A DNA stretch of 42,175 nucleotides from assembly GCF_001194135.2 (NCBI RefSeq), contig NC_068981.1, forward strand, positions 129,242,439 through 129,284,613, given 5' to 3'. This document shows, piece after piece, positions 38,285 through 42,175 of the stretch (position 1 is its first letter; each line of letters opens with the position of its first letter). Source of the DNA: Octopus bimaculoides (Eukaryota). The notes below the pieces were generated by a model. The model did no database searches, had not been told where the DNA came from, and saw only the letters and a list, made by a program, of their open reading frames with translations. Both the position numbers and the translations under genes were made by a program.

Positions 38285-38394
38285 TCATTCAAGGGATATT
38301 TTATGCCACAAGTCTTCAAAAGGCACAAAGCCAGCAGATGAACCACTGACAGGGGAAATGTTTGCAACATCACCACCCATAGCTGACAGATTTT
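38285..38394 (-). CDS. Probable last coding exon of an unidentified minus-strand gene
   Basis: GTGTTGCTCCAG acceptor (38396-38395); phase-1 frame (E)NLSAMGGDVANISPVSGSSAGFVPFEDLWHKISLE* with A/T-ending codon bias; G/GTAAGG donor 7 nt after the stop (exon 38278-38394). Confidence 0.55.
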
Positions 38395-38463
38395 CTGGAG
38401 CAACACAGACAGATGCACATACACACACAATGACCTTTTAGTTTTCCTCCAAAAGATACTTGC

Positions 38464-38511
38464 CTAAGTTGCCACACAGTGAGATTAAATTTGACACCAT
38501 ACAAGACTTAT
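38464..38511 (-). CDS. Possible 48-nt upstream exon of the same gene via a 69-nt GC-AG intron
   Basis: CATTCTAG acceptor and AG/GCAAGT donor (GC-AG consensus); phase 1-1, reads (D)KSCMVSNLISLCGNL in frame with the next exon. Confidence 0.35.
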
Positions 38512-40041
38512 CTAGAATGTTCATGAATGCAAAAAAAATATTTTGCAGTCTTAGTAATGTCCATGAATACATAATATAGGCCAGCCTTTCTTTCACATTT
38601 ATCGACATGAAATAACTAAACACAATGCTTAAACAAGAGGCTTATTACACAAACTCTTTCTTGTGCAAAGCTTCATCTATTCTTAAGACACTTAAATATA
38701 GGAAGAACATGATCAAGGAAAGCATCTAGTCCAAGCAACATTTTATTTTGTAGATATGAAATAAGTGAGCTGGTTGGCACAATGAAAAGTGCAAAGAGAA
38801 GCTGCAAGTGCCAGTCTTCATGCAGTAAATTTCTTCCCGAAACAATTATTACACATTTTCACAAATTGTTAATATTGGCAAAAAGCACATATTTTGGAAG
38901 AGTATATTAGCAAGAAATCACATTACAAAAGGAACATCAATTAGCATTATTGTTTGGAATCCATGTGACTAGAGACAAAGTTTTAAGACCCAAGCATGTG
39001 CAGCACACTAAAAATGCTAAAGTGTTTAAGAGGTTTCATAAAAAAACTACACTTCCAGCTATATTGAAAGATTTAAACGATGCTTATTACTGCTAAATAG
39101 TATGAAGATTGTTTTTGCATCACTTTGTGCCTGAAGGGAAAAAATATTGTGAAGACAAAAAGAATCTATTTCATGTACTTATGGCTGTACACAATACATC
39201 CTATTACCCACAATTTCTACAACATCAGTCTTTAAATGTTAGATTAATATTTATGCTGCTAAATACATCACTTTTGCAAACAAAGGAACTAAGGTATTAT
39301 TGAAATGTTTAAAACATTATTTTCGGCACACATTTGATCAGCTAATAAATAACTATTGATAAGAGAAGAGACCCAAAAATAAAATTATTTTGAGAATCAT
39401 CCAACATTCTAGGTCAAGTAAAGCTAAAAGGATTCTCAGACAAATTCAAGTGAAAATGCAGTAAGGATGGTTCAAAATTAAACAGAAGTAATCTTTGACA
39501 ATTCTAATCAAATACACATTGATGTTTCTTGGAATGACATGATTTATTTCAGTTATACAAACAAGTACTCACAAAAACTTTAATCAAATGGAAGAACATC
39601 ATGAAACAGCCAAAAAAGATCTAACAATGGAAACCCCTGTTTATTCTTTCACTCTTAAAGGGTTCAACAAAACATTTTCACATTCGAAAAGGGACTGATA
39701 TTTTCAAATCACAAGATCCAAATTTCAAAGTACTAAATACTAGCAGCAAAGTAACATCAGATCACAAACTGAAAACAAATGTCAACACTCACTGAATCAT
39801 GAATATAAAAAATAGAACTATGTTCCTTTCATTTTATGGGTAAATGATTGATTTCATATTATTTATTAAATGCTCCTCATTTAATATTTTTAAACATAAC
39901 TTGTGTGAAATCTCATAAGTATCAATATAAATTTGGTATATAAAATTATTTCTTAATTAGCATTTCACTCAACGATTTCAAATTTAAACCAATATAATCA
40001 CTAAATCAAAGTATTTCTGTGTGTGTGTGTGTATATATATA

Positions 40042-40953
40042 TTGGGTCATCCCATAAATAATGTAGTTTTTTTTATACTTTTAATTTTCGAAATTAAAAT
40101 AAACAAGGTTCTTTTTAAATCTAAAATATACTCTCCTTCATTTTCTACAATGCTCTTCCATCTATCTGGTAGACTTGCAAGGCCCCTCTTCCAAAATTCA
40201 CTTATCCATGATGAAAAATACTTCTCCAGTACTGTTTTGACCTCAACTACAGAATTCATATTTTTTCTGTCCAAATGATTTTGAAGACTGTGGAACAAAT
40301 GATAATGAGATGTCCAGCGAATATGGTGGGTGGGGGCATTGTTTCCCATTCAAACTGCTCCAGCCTCTGGAATGTCATCCTCACTAAATTTGGCCGATGC
40401 TGATGGAAGAATACTTTTCGTCTTGAAATCAAAGATGGTCATTTTCCAATGGCATACAGGTGTCAATGAATGGTTGAATGACCAAATCCAAGCATTTCTG
40501 CTAGTTCCTCAACAGTTACGATGGGATTTTGTTCCACCAGGGTTTGGAGGATGTCCTCATTAAACTCTACAGATCTTCCAGGACAAGACTTGTCTTCCAG
40601 GCTGTAGTTTCCGGCTCGGAATTTCTGGAACCACCGCTGACACTGGCTTATGCTTATTGTCCGATCCCCATATACTGCATTAATATTCCTCGCTCTTTCC
40701 ATTATGGTGCAGCCTTTATTGAACTCACAAAGCAAAATATGCCAGATACGCTCTTTTGTCACTTCCATTATAGCTTTGAAAAAATAACTGTTAAAATTGA
40801 ATTGCACTCTTCAAAATTTGCACTATGATTAAGTACATGGTAAAATTGTTACCAGCTTTTATAGCAAGTTGATGCAGGTAATTTATCCCATCCCCCTTCA
40901 ACTTCTAGTTCATGCACTTGAAAAAAACCCACATTATTTATGGGATGAGCCAA
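40042..40953 (-). mobile_element. Internally deleted mariner transposon (912 bp)
   Basis: TA-flanked TIRs TTGGGTCATCCCATAAATAATG / CATTATTTATGGGATGAGCCAA; N-terminal HTH region MEVTKERIWHILLCEFNKG..WFQKFRAGNYSLED..PGR; C-terminal YHLFHSLQNHL..FWKRGLASLPDRWKSIVENEGEYILD; the region with the first catalytic Asp is missing. Confidence 0.93.
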
Positions 40954-41202
40954 TATATATATACAAGGTGTTTGGGCTAAATTTAATTTCTTTTATGTCT
41001 CTTTTTTTAAGGAAGAGCTTGATGTATCAGTGAACAGCCAATGGCATTGGTGAGTATAAAGATTAAAAGTTGTAGTTGAGAAAAAGTTAGCTGACATGGA
41101 GGACTGGAAGTCATCTGAATATTAGATGATTTGCACCAGGTATCAAATTGCCAACATCATGACTGCTGCTCAATGCTCTGCAAACACTGTAAGGGCTGTA
41201 AA

Positions 41203-41336
41203 ACAGAGGTGTCAGAGACAGTGCAGAAGTGGAGGGCAGGATGGAAAGATTTGACAAAAGAGAGGAAGGAGTCTAGATGTTCACGGGAAAGTGAGGTCGC
41301 ACCAATACAGTCGGCAATATAAAGGCCGTATAGTTC
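41203..41336 (-). mobile_element. Penelope-like element reverse transcriptase fragment
   Basis: ELYGLYIADCIGATSLSREHLDSFLSFVKSFHPALHFCTVSDTSV resembles the PLE RT pattern RYIDD...FxxFxNxFHPxLxFT..S.TSV, with YIDD mutated to YIAD. Confidence 0.7.
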
Positions 41337-42175
41337 TTGTCTTGAGGTTCACAGTCATACAGCTGGGTGGATTCGCGTGAAAAATGGCACACACGCAGAC
41401 GGGTACATAGATTGGAATGCAGTTACTATTGTTTTCCTAGCCCCCGTACTTACTGAGAAAATTGATTAAAACTTTTTCAAATGGAATTCCCCTCTTTGTT
41501 CCACTATTAAAACAACCAGCTGCTCACACAGCTGGCATATACCATTTCGCTAGCAACAAGGGGAGTACAGGATGACAGTCAGCCAAAACTTTCGCTATGC
41601 TGTCTCTCTTCTTTCAGCTCCTTGCGGGGTTAATAATCTTAATCTTTAGTTACAGTTTCTCATTCAAAATACATAATAGGCAGAATTGTCGGATTAAGAC
41701 AGTAGGGTGTTTTGAGGGAGATTTGGCTGCTATTTCTACCAGGTCTAGCAACCATGTAGAGGTCTGAACTTAATTTTCATTCATATATTTGCATTTCAAA
41801 AATTTAACATAATCTTTTCCATAAATCAACTATTGTAAAAATTTTATATGATGACCTCACATTTTCTATGTATGTGTGTGTACCTTAAAAGACGTCAATC
41901 ATCACCACACACACCTCCACTCACTCACTCTATCTCTCTCACATACACATGCGCAAATACGCACACACACACACCCATCCATTTCATATATCTTCTTTCA
42001 ATTTCTGCTCTCTGCAAATAAAATTTTTACGGATACAACTGCTTACAAAAATAGGGATTAATGTATAATTTCTTTCTATGTTCATAATTAAATCAATGTT
42101 TTTATGATTAGACAGAGGTCCAATAGAATAGCTCACAGAAACAGACTATGTACAAATTCGTTCTTCACAACTCCT

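Noticed and set aside
39572-39619. Possible minus-strand 48-nt exon (IFFGCFMMFFHLIKVF)
   Set aside because: GTGAGT donor is present, but the open phase (0) does not match the phase-1 exons downstream and the acceptor is weak

Overview
AT-rich, repeat-dense eukaryotic scaffold with two N-gaps (8541-9049, 36505-37411). The repeat complement (tRNA-headed SINEs, RTE tails, (TA)n/(CA)n arrays) resembles octopus DNA; this is recall-based inference, not checked. The left half carries the 3' coding exons of a + strand RILP-like (RH2-domain Rab effector/dynein adaptor) gene: 595-779, 2259-2312 and 4601-4714 splice in frame. The last of these ends in phase 2 and is followed by several phase-compatible candidate terminal exons. 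The most striking (13330-13516) is absent from the ORF track and would add two hydrophobic helices built from a 78-nt internal repeat whose conserved residues differ mostly at synonymous sites, suggesting a possible membrane-anchored RILPL isoform. The right end holds probable last coding exon(s) of an unidentified convergent - strand gene. The rest is mostly decayed transposable elements (mariner, piggyBac-type MITEs, CR1-like, RTE and Penelope-like fragments, SINEs), often nested. All exon calls beyond the first three are unverified predictions needing RNA-seq.
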